A stretch of DNA of 64,000 nucleotides, taken from the NCBI GenBank assembly GCA_964016885.1, contig OZ024743.1:92876001-92940000 (forward strand), in the 5' to 3' direction. The stretch's first letter is position 1, and the number at the start of each line of letters is the position of its first letter. The notes beneath the pieces are model-generated. The model was not told the origin of the DNA and ran no database searches. It saw only the letters and a list, made by a program, of their open reading frames with translations. The DNA comes from Eledone cirrhosa (lineage: Eukaryota). The translations under genes were made by a program, and so were the position numbers. Shown in pieces: positions 10,541-24,388 of the stretch.

Positions 10541-11247
10541 TTTAATTTTTTTTTTTTTTTTTTTAGTTCGGTGACCGCTTAGGAAACCGAGCTGCTCTAT
10601 ACATTTCCATTTTTCTTTCTTCTGCAAGCTTCTCTCGCCAATGTCTGTTAGTTTCAAAATTATTAGGCACGCAAACTTTTTCCTTTCTTTCAACCCTACC
10701 CATCGCATACACACCACTGCAAACGTCTTAAAAGCTAGCGACTGCAAAAACAGAGTTTCTTGATAATTTCAGATATTTCAAACTTTTATTCCGTTCGCCT
10801 TCCGAAGTAGTGAGCCTGCTATATACTCTAGAAAATATTTATTGAACAGAGATTTGGCTGCTTTTTCTAGCAGGTAAAATTAGCACATTTCTTTAGAGCC
10901 GTTCGAATCGAACATTATCCACATCTGTAATTATTAATTCGGAATGGGTATCGTAGCTAGTTATTTGGCCAAGTTATATAAACAAAAAGACAACATAAGT
11001 TTTAAAGACAGCGATATCGACAGCTATGCGACACTCTCGTAGTTAATAACGTGTGTTAATTTAAAAGTTAGATGAGATTTATGTAAAATGTTATTAAGCA
11101 ACCTAAATTGCTTGAAAATACTGTGTTATACGGTTGAAAGTAAGAAAAATGTTTAATAGAAAATTAAAATATAAAAATTATCGTAAAAGAAAGGTGTTTA
11201 GTGAGTTGTTTTATACAATAAAACTATTAAATTCAGCATAAGCTTTC

Positions 11248-11366
11248 GTTTACGGCCATATCACGCTGACAACACCGGTTCTCGTCCGATCACCGAAGTT
11301 AAGCAACGTCGAGCCTAGTTAGTACTTGGATGGGTGACCGCCTGGGAACCCTAGGTGCCGTAAGCG
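11248..11366 (+). rRNA. 5S rRNA gene copy 13
   Basis: Full-length consensus copy. Confidence 0.97.
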
Positions 11367-12060
11367 TTTAATTTTTTTTTTTTTTTTTTAGTTCGGTGAC
11401 CGCTTAGGAAACCGAGCTGCTCTATACATTTCCATTTTTCTTTCTTTTGCAAGCTTCTCTCGCCAATGTCTGTTGGTTTCAAAATAATTAGGCACGCAAA
11501 CTTTTTCCTTTCTTTCAACCCTACCCATCGCATACACACCACTGCAAACGTCTTAAAAGCTACCGACTGCAAAAACAGAGTTTCTTGATAATTTCAGATA
11601 TTTCAAACTTTTATTCCGTTCGCCTTCCGAAGTAGTGAGCCTGCTATATACTCTAGAAAATATTTATTGAACAGAGATTTGGCTGCTTTTTCTAGCAGGT
11701 AAAATTAGCACATTTCTTTAGAGCCGTTCGAATCGAACATTATCCACATCTGTAATTAATAATTCGGAATGGGTATCGTAGCTAGTTATTTGGCCAAGTT
11801 ATATAAACAAAAAGACAACATAAGTTTTAAAGACAGCGATATCGACAGCTATGCGACACTCTCGTAGTTAATAACGTGTGTTAATTTAAAAGTTAGATGA
11901 GATTTATGTAAAATTTTATTAAGCAACCTAAATTGCTTGAAAATACAGTGTTATACGGTTGAAAGTAAGAAAAATGTTTAATAGAAAATTAAAATATAAA
12001 AATTATCGTAAAAGAAAGTTGTTTTATACAATAAAACTATTAAATTCAGCATAAGCTTTC

Positions 12061-12179
12061 GTTTACGGCCATATCACGCTGACAACACCGGTTCTCGTCC
12101 GATCACCGAAGTTAAGCAACGTCGAGCCTAGTTAGTACTTGGATGGGTGACCGCCTGGGAACCCTAGGTGCCGTAAGAG
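12061..12179 (+). rRNA. 5S rRNA gene copy 14 (C118A)
   Basis: Full-length array copy. Confidence 0.95.
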
Positions 12180-12938
12180 TTTAATTTTTTTTTTTTTTTT
12201 TTTTTTCATTAATATCTTTACAGAGCTATTTATTTTTTTTTAGTTCGGTGACCGCTTAGGAAACCGATCTGCTCTATACATTTCCATTTTTCTTTCTTTT
12301 AGTTTCTTTCTTTTGCAAGCTTCTCTCGCCAATGTCTGTTAGTTTCAAAATAATTCGGCACGCAAACTTTTTCCTTTCTTTCAACCCTACCCTTCGCATA
12401 CACACCACTGCAAACGTCTTAAAAGCTACCGACTGCAAAAACAGAGTTTCTTGATAATTTCAGATATTTCAAACTTTTATTCCGTTCGCCTTCCGAAGTA
12501 GTGAGCCTGCTATATACTCTAGAAAATATTTATTAAACAGAGATTTGGCTGCTTTTTCTAGCAGGTAAAATTAGCACATTTCTTTAGAGCCGTTCGAATC
12601 GAACATTATCCACATCTGTAATAATTAATTCGGAATGGGTATCGTAGCTAGTTATTTGGCCAAGTTATATAAACAAAAAGACAACATAAGTTTTAAAGAC
12701 AGCGATATCGACAGCTATGCGACACTCTCGTAGTTAATAACGTGTGTTAATTTAAAAGTTAGATGAGATTTATGTAAAATTTTATTAAGCAACCTAAATT
12801 GCTTGAAAATACTGTGTTATACGGTTGAAAGTAAGAAAAATGTTTAATAGAAAATTAAAATATAAAAATTATCGTAAAAGAAAGGTGTTTAGTGAGTTGT
12901 TTTATACAATAAAACTATTAAATTCAGCATAAGCTTTC

Positions 12939-13057
12939 GTTTACGGCCATATCACGCTGACAACACCGGTTCTCATCCGATCACCGAAGTTAAGCAACGT
13001 CGAGCCTAGTTAGTACTTGGATGGGTGACCGCCTGGGAACCCTAGGTGCCGTAAGCG
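12939..13057 (+). rRNA. 5S rRNA gene copy 15 (G37A)
   Basis: Full-length array copy. Confidence 0.95.
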
Positions 13058-13807
13058 TTTAATTTTTTTTTTTTTTTTTTTTTTTTTTTCATTAATATCT
13101 TTACAGAGCTATTTATTTTTTTTAGTTCGGTGACCGCTTAGGAAACCGAGCTGCTCTATACATTTCCATTTTCTTTCTTTTAGTTTCTTTCTTTTGCAAG
13201 CTTCTCTCGCCAATGTATGTTAGTTTCAAAATAATTAGGCACGCAAACTTTTTCCTTTCTTTCAACCCTACCCTTCGCATACACACCACTGCAAACGTCT
13301 TAAAAGCTACCGACTGCAAAATCAGAGTTTCTTGATAATTTCAGATATTTCAAACTTTTAATCCGTTCGCCTTCCGAAGTAGTGAGCCTGCTATATACTC
13401 TAGAAAATATTTATTGAACAGAGATTTGGCTGCTTTTTCTAGCAGGTAAAATTAGCACATTTCTTTAGAGCCGTTCGAATCGAACATTATCCACATCTGT
13501 AATTATTAATTCGGAATGGGTATCGTAGCTAGTTATTTGGCCAAGTTATATAAACAAAAAGACAACATAAGTTTTAAAGATAGCAATATCGACAGCTATG
13601 CGACACTCTCGTAGTTAATAACGTGTGTTAATTTAAAATTTAGTTGAGATTTATGTAAAATTTTATTAAGCAACCTAAATTGCTTGAAAATACTGTGTTA
13701 TACGGTTGAAAGTAAGAAAAATGTTTAATAGAAAATTAAAATATAAAAATTATCGTAAAAGAAAGTTGTTTTATACAATAAAACTATTAAATTCAGCATA
13801 AGCTTTC

Positions 13808-13926
13808 GTTTACGGCCATATCACGCTGACAACACCGGTTCTCGTCCGATCACCGAAGTTAAGCAACGTCGAGCCTAGTTAGTACTTGGATGGGTGACCG
13901 CCTGGGAACCCTAGGTGCCGTAAGCG
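13808..13926 (+). rRNA. 5S rRNA gene copy 16
   Basis: Full-length consensus copy. Confidence 0.97.
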
Positions 13927-14683
13927 TTTAATTTTTTTTTTTTCTTTTTTTTAATTAATATCTTTACAGAGCTATTTATTTTTTTTAGTTCGGTGACCGC
14001 TTAGGAAACCGAGCTGCTGTATACATTTCCATTTTTCTTTCTTTTAGTTTCTTTCTTTTGCAAGCTTCTCTCGCCAATGTCTGTTAGTTTCAAAATAATT
14101 AGGCACGCAAACTTTTTCCTTTCTTTCAACCCTACCCTTCGCATACACACCACTGCAAACGTCTTAAAAGCTACCGACTGCAAAAACAGAGTTTCTTGAT
14201 AATTTCAGATATTTCAAACTTTTATTCCGTTCGCCTTCCGAAGTAGTGAGCCTGCTATATACTCTAGAAAATATTTATTGAACAGAGATTTGGCTGCTTT
14301 TTCTAGCAGGTAAAATTAGCACATTTCTTTAGAGCCGTTCGAATCGAACATTATCCACATCTGTAATAATTAATTCGGAATGGGTATCGTTGCTAGTCAT
14401 TTGGCCAAGTTATATAAACAAAAAGACAACATAAGTTTTAAAGACAGCGATATCGACAGCTATGCGACACTCTCGTAGTTAATAACGTGTGTTAATTTAA
14501 AAGTTAGATGAGATTTATGTAAAATTTTATTAAGCAACCTAAATTGCTTGAAAATACTGTGTTATACGGTTGAAAGTAAGAAAAATGTTTAATAGAAAAT
14601 TAAAATATAAAAATTATCGTAAAAGAAAGGTGTTTAGTGAGTTGTTTTATACAATAAAACTATTAAATTCAGCATAAGCTTTC

Positions 14684-14802
14684 GTTTACGGCCATATCAC
14701 GCTGACAACACCGGTTCTCGTCCGATCACCGAAGTTAAGCAACGTCGAGCCTAGTTAGTACTTGGATGGGTGACCGCCTGGGAACCCTAGGTGCCGTAAG
14801 CG
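14684..14802 (+). rRNA. 5S rRNA gene copy 17
   Basis: Full-length consensus copy. Confidence 0.97.
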
Positions 14803-15564
14803 TTTAATTTTTTTTTTTTTTTTTTTTTTTTTTCATTAATATCTTTACAGAGCTATTTATTTTTTTTAGTTCGGTGACCGCTTAGGAAACCGAGCTGCTC
14901 TATACATTTCCATTTTTCTTTCTTTTAGTTTCTTTCTTTTGCAAGCTTCTCTCGCCAATGTATGTTAGTTTCAAAATAATTAGGCACGCAAACTTTTTCC
15001 TTTCTTTCAACCCTACCCTTCGCATACACACCACTGCAAACGTCTTAAAAGCTACCGACTGCAAAATCAGAGTTTCTTGATAATTTCAGATATTTCAAAC
15101 TTTTATTCCGTTCGCCTTCCGAAGTAGTGAGCCTGCTATATACTCTAGAAAATATTTATTGAACAGAGATTTGGCTGCTTTTTCTAGCAGGTAAAATTAG
15201 CACATTTCTTTAGAGCCGTTCGAATCGAACATTATCCACATCTGTAATTATTAATTCGGAATGGGTATCGTAGCTAGTTATTTGGCCAAGTTATATAAAC
15301 AAAAAGACAACATAAGTTTTAAAGATAGCAATATCGACAGCTATGCGACACTCTCGTAGTTAATAACGTGTGTTAATTTAAAATTTAGTTGAGATTTATG
15401 TAAAATTTTATTAAGCAACCTAAATTGCTTGAAAATACTGTGTTATACGGTTGAAAGTAAGAAAAATGTTTAATAGAAAATTAAAATATAAAAATTATCG
15501 TAAAAGAAAGGTGTTTAGTGAGTTGTTTTATACAATAAAACTATTAAATTCAGCATAAGCTTTC

Positions 15565-15683
15565 GTTTACGGCCATATCACGCTGACAACACCGGTTCTC
15601 GTCCGATCACCGAAATTAAACAACGTCGAGCCTAGTTAGTACTTGGATGGGTGACCGCCTGGGAACCCTAGGTGCCGCAAGCG
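15565..15683 (+). rRNA. 5S rRNA gene copy 18 (G51A, G56A, T114C; possibly non-functional)
   Basis: Full-length, with two A-box substitutions and a helix I mismatch. Confidence 0.9.
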
Positions 15684-16435
15684 TTTAATTTTTTTTTTTT
15701 TTTTCATTAATATCTTTACAGAGCTATTTATTTTTTTTAGTTCGGTGACCGCTTAGGAAACCGAGCTGCTGTATACATTTCCATTTTTCTTTCTTTTAGT
15801 TTCTTTCTTTTGCAAGCTTCTCTCGCCAATGTATGTTAGTTTCAAAATAATTAGGCACGCAAACTTTTTCCTTTCTTTCAACCCTACCCTTCGCATACAC
15901 ACCACTGCAAACGTCTTAAAAGCTACCGACTGCAAAATCAGAGTTTCTTGATAATTTCAGATATTTCAAACTTTTATTCCGTTCGCCTTCCGAAGTAGTG
16001 AGCCTGCTATATACTCTAGAAAATATTTATTGAACAGAGATTTGGCTGCTTTTTCTAGCAGGTAAAATTAGCACATTTCTTTAGAGCCGTTCGAATCGAA
16101 CATTATCCACATCTGTAATTATTAATTCGGAATGGGTATCGTAGCTAGTTATTTGGCCAAGTTATATAAACAAAAAGACAACATAAGTTTTAAAGATAGC
16201 AATATCGACAGCTATGCGACACTCTCGTAGTTAATAACGTGTGTTAATTTAAAAGTTAGATGAGATTTATGTAAAATTTTATTAAGCAACCTAAATTGCT
16301 TGAAAATACTGTGTTATACGGTTGAAAGTAAGAAAAATGTTTAATAGAAAATTAAAATATAAAAATTATCGTAAAAGAAAGGTGTTTAGTGAGTTGTTTT
16401 ATACAATAAAACTATTAAATTCAGCATAAGCTTTC

Positions 16436-16554
16436 GTTTACGGCCATATCACGCTGACAACACCGGTTCTCGTCCGATCACCGAAGTTAAGCAACGTCGA
16501 GCCTAGTTAGTACTTGGATGGGTGACCGCCTGGGAACCCTAGGTGCCGTAAGCG
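16436..16554 (+). rRNA. 5S rRNA gene copy 19
   Basis: Full-length consensus copy. Confidence 0.97.
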
Positions 16555-17314
16555 TTTAATTTTTTTTTTTTTTTTTTTTTTTCATTAATATCTTTACGGA
16601 GCTATTTATTTTTTTTTAGTTCGGTGACCGCTTAGGAAACCGAGCTGCTCTATACATTTCCATTTTTCTTTCTTTTAGTTTCTTTCTTTTGCAAGTTTCT
16701 CTCGCCAATGTCTGTTAGTTTCAAAATAATTAGGCACGCAAACTTTTTCCTTTCTTTCAACCCTACCCTTCGCATACACACCACTGCAAACGTCTTAAAA
16801 GCTAGCGACTGCAAAAACAGAGTTTCTTGATAATTTCAGATATTTCAAACTTTTATTCCGTTCGCCTTCCGAAGTAGTGAGCCTGCTATATACTCTAGAA
16901 AATATTTATTGAACAGAGATTTGGCTGCTTTTTCTAGCAGGTAAAATTAGCACATTTCTTTAGAGCCGTTCGAATCGAACATTATCCACATCTGTAATAA
17001 TTAATTCGGAATGGGTATCGTAGATAGTTATTTGGCCAAGTTATATAAACAAAAAGACAACATAAGTTTTAAAGACAGCGATATCGACAGCTATGCGACA
17101 CTCTCGTAGTTAATAACGTGTGTTAATTTAAAAGTTAGATGAGATTTATGTAAAATTTTATTAAGCAACCTAAATTGCTTGAAAATACTGTGTTATACGG
17201 TTGAAAGTAAGAAAAATGTTTAATAGAAAATTAAAATATAAAAATTATCGTAAAAGAAAGGTGTTTAGTGAGTTGTTTTATACAATAAAACTATTAAATT
17301 CAGCATAAGCTTTC

Positions 17315-17433
17315 GTTTACGGCCATATCACGCTGACAACACCGGTTCTCGTCCGATCACCGAAGTTAAGCAACGTCGAGCCTAGTTAGTACTTGGATGG
17401 GTGACCGCCTGGGAACCCTAGGTGCCGTAAGAG
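17315..17433 (+). rRNA. 5S rRNA gene copy 20 (C118A)
   Basis: Full-length array copy. Confidence 0.95.
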
Positions 17434-18177
17434 TTTAATTTTTTTTTTTTTTTTTTTTTTCATTAATATCTTTACAGAGCTATTTATTTTTTTTTAGTTC
17501 GGTGACCGCTTAGGAAACCGAGCTGCTCTATACATTTCCATTTTTCTTTCTTTTAGTTTCTTTCTTTTGCAAGCTTCTCTCGCCAATGTCTGTTAGTTTC
17601 AAAATAATTAGGCACGCAAACTTTTTCCTTTCTTTCAACCCTACCCTTCGCATACACACCACTGCTACCGACTGCAAAAACAGAGTTTCTTGATAATTTC
17701 AGATATTTCAAACTTTTATTCCGTTCGCCTTCCGAAGTAGTGAGCCTGCTATATACTCTAGAAAATATTTATTGAACAGAGATTTGGCTGCTTTTTCTAG
17801 CAGGTAAAATTAGCACATTTCTTTAGAGCCGTTCGAATCGAACATTATCCACATCTGTAATAATTAATTCGGAATGGGTATCGTAGCTAGTTATTTGGCC
17901 AAGTTATATAAACAAAAAGACAACATAAGTTTTAAAGACAGCAATATCGACATCTATGCGACACTCTCGTAGTTAATAACGTGTGTTAATTTAAAAGTTA
18001 GATGAGATTTATGTAAAATTTTATTAAGAAACCTAAATTGCTTGAAAATACTGTGTTATACGGTTGAAAGTAAGAAAAATGTTTAATAGAAAATTAAAAT
18101 ATAAAAATTATCGTAAAAGAAAGGTGTTTAGTGAGTTGTTTTATACAATAAAACTATTAAATTCAGTATAAGCTTTC

Positions 18178-18296
18178 GTTTACGGCCATATCACGCTGAC
18201 AACACCGGTTCTCGTCCGATCACCGAAGTTAAGCAACGTCGAACCTAGTTAGTACTTGGATGGGTGACCGCCTGGGAACCCTAGGTTCCGTAAGCG
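18178..18296 (+). rRNA. 5S rRNA gene copy 21 (G66A, G110T)
   Basis: Full-length array copy. Confidence 0.93.
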
Positions 18297-19055
18297 TTTA
18301 ATTTTTTTTTTTTTTTTTTTTTTTCATTAATATCTTTACAGAGCTATTTATTTTTTTTAGTTCGGTGACCGCTTAGGAAACCGAGCTGCTGTATACATTT
18401 CCATTTTTCTTTCTTTTAGTTTCTTTCTTTTGCAAGCTTCTCTCGCCAATGTATGTTAGTTTCAAAATAATTAGGCACGCAAACTTTTTCCTTTCTTTCA
18501 ACCCTACCCTTCGCATACACACCACTGCAAACGTCTTAAAAGCTACCGACTGCAAAATCAGAGTTTCTTGATAATTTCAGATATTTCAAACATTTATTCC
18601 GTTCGCCTTCCGAAGTAGTAAGCCTGTTATATACTCTAGAAAATATTTATTGAACAGAGATTTGGCTGCTTTTTCTAGCAGGTAAAATTAGCACATTTCT
18701 TTAGAGCCGTTCGAATCGAACATTATCCACATCTGTAATAATTAATTCGGAATGGGTATCGTAGCTAGTTATTTGGCCAAGTTATATAAACAAAAAGACA
18801 ACATAAGTTTTAAAGACAGCGATATCGACAGCTATGCGACACTCTCGTAGTTAATAACGTGTGTTAATTTAAAAGTTAGATGAGATTTATGTAAAATTTT
18901 ATTAAGCAACCTAAATTGCTTGAAAATACTGTGTTATACGGTTGAAAGTAAGAAAAATGTTTAATAGAAAATTAAAATATAAAAATTATCGTAAAAGAAA
19001 GGTGTTTAGTGAGTTGTTTTATACAATAAAACTATTAAATTCAGCATAAGCTTTC

Positions 19056-19174
19056 GTTTACGGCCATATCACGCTGACAACACCGGTTCTCGTCCGATCA
19101 CCGAAGTTAAGCAACGTCGAGCCTAGTTAGTACTTGGATGGGTGACCGCCTGGGAACCCTAGGTGCCGTAAGCG
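19056..19174 (+). rRNA. 5S rRNA gene copy 22 (3' trailer CTTGA)
   Basis: Full-length array copy. Confidence 0.96.
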
Positions 19175-19922
19175 CTTGATTTTTTTTTTTTTTTTTTTTT
19201 TTTTTCATTAATATCTTTACAGAGCTATTTATTTTTTTTAGTTCGGTGACCGCTTAGGAAACCGAGCTGCTCTATACATTTCCATTTTTCTTTCTTTTGC
19301 AAGCTTCTCTCGCCAATGTCTGTTAGTTTCAAAATAATTAGGCACGCAAACTTTTTCCTTTCTTTCAACCCTACCCTTCGCATACACACCACTGCAAACG
19401 TCTTAAAAGCTACCGACTGCAAAAACACAGTTTCCTGATAATTTCAGATATTTCAAACTTTTATTCCGTTCGCCTTCCGAAGTAGTGAGCCTGCTATATA
19501 CTCTAGAAAATATTTATTGAACAGAGATTTGGCTGCTTTTTCTAGCAGGTAAAATTAGCACATTTCTTTAGAGCCGTTCGAATCGAACATTATCCACATC
19601 TGTAATTATTAATTCGGAATGGGTATCGTAGCTAGTTATTTGGCCAAGTTATATAAACAAAAAGACAACATAAGTTTTAAAGACAGCGATATCGACAGCT
19701 ATGCGACACTCTCGTAGTTAATAACGTGTGTTAATTTAAAAGTTCGATGAGATTTATGTAAAATTTTATTAAGCAACCTAAATTGCTTGAAAATACTGTG
19801 TTATACGGTTGAAAGTAAGAAAAATGTTTAATAGAAAATTAAAATATAAAAATTATCGTAAAAGAAAGGTGTTTAGTGAGTTGTTTTATACAATAAAACT
19901 ATTAAATTCAGCATAAGCTTTC

Positions 19923-20041
19923 GTTTACGGCCATATCACGCTGACAACACCGGTTCTCGTCCGATCACCGAAGTTAAGCAACGTCGAGCCTAGTTAGTAC
20001 TTGGATGGGTGACCGCCTGGGAACCCTAGGTGCCGTAAGCG
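19923..20041 (+). rRNA. 5S rRNA gene copy 23
   Basis: Full-length consensus copy. Confidence 0.97.
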
Positions 20042-20803
20042 TTTAATTTTTTTTTTTTTTTTTTTTTTTTTTCATTAATATCTTTACAGAGCTATTTATT
20101 TTTTTTAGTTCGGTGACCGCTTAGGAAACCGAGCTGCTGTATACATTTCCATTTTTCTTTCTTTTAGTTTCTTTCTTTTGCAAGCTTCTCTCGCCAATGT
20201 ATGTTAGTTTCAAAATAATTAGGCACGCAAACTTTTTCCTTTCTTTCAACCCTACCCTTCGCATACACACCACTGCAAACGTCTTAAAAGCTACCGACTG
20301 CAAAATCAGAGTTTCTTGATAATTTCAGATATTTCAAACTTTTATTCCGTTCGCCTTCCGAAGTAGTGAGCCTGCTATATACTCTAGAAAATATTTATTG
20401 AACAGAGATTTGGCTGCTTTTTCTAGCAGGTAAAATTAGCACATTTCTTTAGAGCCGTTCGAATCGAACATTATCCACATCTGTAATAATTAATTCGGAA
20501 TGGGTATCGTAGCTAGTTATTTGGCCAAGTTATATAAACAAAAAGACAACATAAGTTTTAAAGACAGCGATATCGACAGCTATGCGACACTCTCGTAGTT
20601 AATAACGTGTGTTAATTTAAAAGTTAGATGAGATTTATGTAAAATTTTATTAAGCAACCTAAATTGCTTGAAAATACTGTGTTATACGGTTGAAAGTAAG
20701 AAAAATGTTTAATAGAAAATTAAAATATAAAAATGATCGTAAAAGAAAGGTGTTTAGTGAGTTGTTTTATACAATAAAACTATTAAATTCAGCATAAGCT
20801 TTC

Positions 20804-20922
20804 GTTTACGGCCATATCACGCTGACAACACCGGTTCTCGTCCGATCACCGAAGTTAAGCAACGTCGAGCCTAGTTAGTACTTGGATGGGTGACCGCCTG
20901 GGAACCCTAGGTGCCGTAAGCG
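20804..20922 (+). rRNA. 5S rRNA gene copy 24 (3' trailer CTTGA)
   Basis: Full-length array copy. Confidence 0.96.
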
Positions 20923-21670
20923 CTTGATTTTTTTTTTTTTTTTTTTTTTTTTTCATTAATATCTTTACAGAGCTATTTATTTTTTTTAGTTCGGTGACCG
21001 CTTAGGAAACCGATCTGCTCTATACATTTCCATTTTTCTTTCTTTTGCAAGCTTCTCTCGCCAATGTCTGTTAGTTTCAAAATAATTAGGCACGCAAACT
21101 TTTTCCTTTCTTTCAACCCTACCCTTCGCATACACACCACTGCAAACGTCTTAAAAGCTACCGACTGCAAAAACAGAGTTTCTTGATAATTTCAGATATT
21201 TCAAACTTTTATTCCGTTCGCCTTCCGAAGTAGTGAGCCTGCTATATACTCTAGAAAATATTTATTGAACAGAGATTTGGCTGCTTTTTCTAGCAGGTAA
21301 GATTAGCACATTTCTTTAGAGCCGTTCGAATCGAACATTATCCACATCTGTAATTATTAATTCGGAATGGGTATCGTAGCTAGTTATTTGGCCAAGTTAT
21401 ATAAACAAAAAGACAACATAAGTTTTAAAGACAGCGATATCGACAGCTATGCGACACTCTCGTAGTTAATAACGTGTGTTAATTTAAAAGTTCGATGAGA
21501 TTTATGTAAAATTTTATTAAGCAACCTAAATTACTTGAAAATACTGTGTTATACGGTTGAAAGTAAGAAAAATGTTTAATAGAAAATTAAAATATAAAAA
21601 TTATCGTAAAAGAAAGGTGTTTAGTGAGTTGTTTTATACAATAAAACTATTAAATTCAACGTAAGCTTTC

Positions 21671-21789
21671 GTTTACGGCCATATCACGCTGACAACACCG
21701 GTTCTCGTCCGATCACCGAAGTTAAGCAACGTCGAGCCTAGTTAGTACTTGGATGGGTGACCGCCTGGGAACCCTAGGTGCCGTAAGCG
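21671..21789 (+). rRNA. 5S rRNA gene copy 25
   Basis: Full-length consensus copy. Confidence 0.97.
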
Positions 21790-22549
21790 TTTAATTTTTT
21801 TTTTTTTTTTTTTTTTTTCATTAATATCTTTACAGAGCTATTTATTTTTTTTAGTTCGGTGACCGCTTAGGAAACCGAGCTGCTGTATACATTTCCATTT
21901 TTCTTTCTTTTAGTTTCTTTCTCTTGCAAGCTTCTCTCGCCAATGTATGTTAGTTTCAAAATAATTAGGCACGCAATCTTTTTCCTTTCTTTCAACCCTA
22001 CCCTTCGCATACACACCACTGCAAACGTCTTAAAAGCTACCGACTGCAAAATCAGAGTTTCTTGATAATTTCAGATATTTCAAACTTTTATTCCGTTCGC
22101 CTTCCGAAGTAGTGAGCCTGCTATATACTCTAGAAAATATTTATTGAACAGAGATTTGGCTGCTTTTTCTAGCAGGTAAAATTAGCACATTTCTTTAGAG
22201 CCGTTCGAATCGAACATTATCCACATCTGTAATAATTAATTCGGAATGTGTATCGTAGCTAGTTATTTGGCCAAGTTATATAAACAAAAAGACAACATAA
22301 GTTTTAAAGACAGCGATATCGACAGCTATGCGACACTCTCGTAGTTAATAACGTGTGTTAATTTAAAAGTTAGATGAGATTTATGTAAAATTTTATTAAG
22401 CAACCTAAATTGCTTGAAAATACTGTGTTATACGGTTGAAAGTAAGAAAAATGTTTAATAGAAAATTAAAATATAAAAATTATCGTAAAAGAAAGGTGTT
22501 TAGTGAGTTGTTTTATACAATAAAACTATTAAATTCAGCATAAGCTTTC

Positions 22550-22668
22550 GTTTACGGCCATATCACGCTGACAACACCGATTCTCGTCCGATCACCGAAG
22601 TTAAGCAACGTCGAGCCTAGTTAGTACTTGGATGGGTGACCGCCTGGGAACCCTAGGTGCCGTAAGCG
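22550..22668 (+). rRNA. 5S rRNA gene copy 26 (G31A; trailer CTTGA)
   Basis: Full-length array copy. Confidence 0.95.
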
Positions 22669-23409
22669 CTTGATTTTTTTTTTTTTTTTTTTCATTAATA
22701 TCTTTACAGAGCTATTTATTTTTTTTAGTTCGGTGACCGCTTAGGAAACCGAGCTGCTCTATACATTTCCATTTTTCTTTCTTTTGCAAGCTTCTCTCGC
22801 CAATGTCTGTTAGTTTCAAAATAATTAGGCACGCAAACTTTTTCCTTTCTTTCAACCCTACCCTTCGCATACACACCACTGCAAACGTCTTAAAAGCTAC
22901 CGACTGCAAAATCAGAGTTTCTTGATAATTTCAGATATTTCAAACTTTTATTCCGTTCGCCTTCCGAAGTAGTGAGCCTGCTATATACTCTAGAAAATAT
23001 TTATTGAACAGAGATTTGGCTGCTTTTTCTAGCAGGTAAAATTAGCACATTTCTTTAGAGCCGTTCGAATCGAACATTATCCACATCTGTAATAATTAAT
23101 TCGGAATGGGTATCGTAGCTAGTTATTTGGCCAAGTTATATAAACAAAAAGACAACATAAGTTTTAAAGACAGCGATATCGACAGCTATGCGACACTCTC
23201 GTAGTTAATAACGTGTGTTAATTTAAAAGTTAGATGAGATTTATGTAAAATTTTATTAAGCAACCTAAATTGCTTGAAAATACTGTGTTATACGGTTGAA
23301 AGTAAGAAAAATGTTTAATAGAAAATTAAAATATAAAAATTATCGTAAAAGAAAGGTGTTTAGTGAGTTGTTTTATACAATAAAACTATTAAATTCAGCA
23401 TAAGCTTTC

Positions 23410-23528
23410 GTTTACGGCCATATCACGCTGACAACACCGATTCTCGTCCGATCACCGAAGTTAAGCAACGTCGAGCCTAGTTAGTACTTGGATGGGTGAC
23501 CGCCTGGGAACCCTAGGTGCCGTAAGCG
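23410..23528 (+). rRNA. 5S rRNA gene copy 27 (G31A; trailer CTTGA)
   Basis: Full-length array copy. Confidence 0.95.
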
Positions 23529-24269
23529 CTTGATTTTTTTTTTTTTTTTTTTCATTAATATCTTTACAGAGCTATTTATTTTTTTTAGTTCGGTGACCGC
23601 TTAGGAAACCGAGCTGCTCTATACATTTCCATTTTTCTTTCTTTTGCAAGCTTCTCTCGCCAATGTCTGTTAGTTTCAAAATAATTAGGCACGCAAACTT
23701 TTTCCTTTCTTTCAACCCTACCCTTCGCATACACACCACTGCAAACGTCTTAAAAGCTACCGACTGCAAAATCAGAGTTTCTTGATAATTTCAGATATTT
23801 CAAACTTTTATTCCGTTCGCCTTCCGAAGTAGTGAGCCTGTTATATACTCTAGAAAATATTTATTGAACAGAGATTTGGCTACTTTTTCTAGCAGGTAAA
23901 ATTAGCACATTTCTTTAGAGCCGTTCGAATCGAACATTATCCACATCTGTAATAATTAATTCGGAATGGGTATCGTAGCTAGTTATTTGGCCAAGTTATA
24001 TAAACAAAAAGACAACATAAGTTTTAAAGACAGCGATATCGACAGCTATGCGACACTCTCGTAGTTAATAACGTGTGTTAATTTAAAAGTTAGATGAGAT
24101 TTATGTAAAATTTTATTAAGCAACCTAAATTGCTTGAAAATACTGTGTTATACGGTTGAAAGTAAGAAAAATGTTTAATAGAAAATTAAAATATAAAAAT
24201 TATCGTAAAAGAAAGGTGTTTAGTGAGTTGTTTTATACAATAAAACTATTAAATTCAGCATAAGCTTTC

Positions 24270-24388
24270 GTTTACGGCCATATCACGCTGACAAGACCGG
24301 TTCTCGTCCGATCACCGAAGTTAAGCAACGTCGAGCCTAGTTAGTACTTGGATGGGTGACCGCCTGGGAACCCTAGGTGCCGTAAGCG
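24270..24388 (+). rRNA. 5S rRNA gene copy 28 (C26G)
   Basis: Full-length array copy. Confidence 0.95.
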
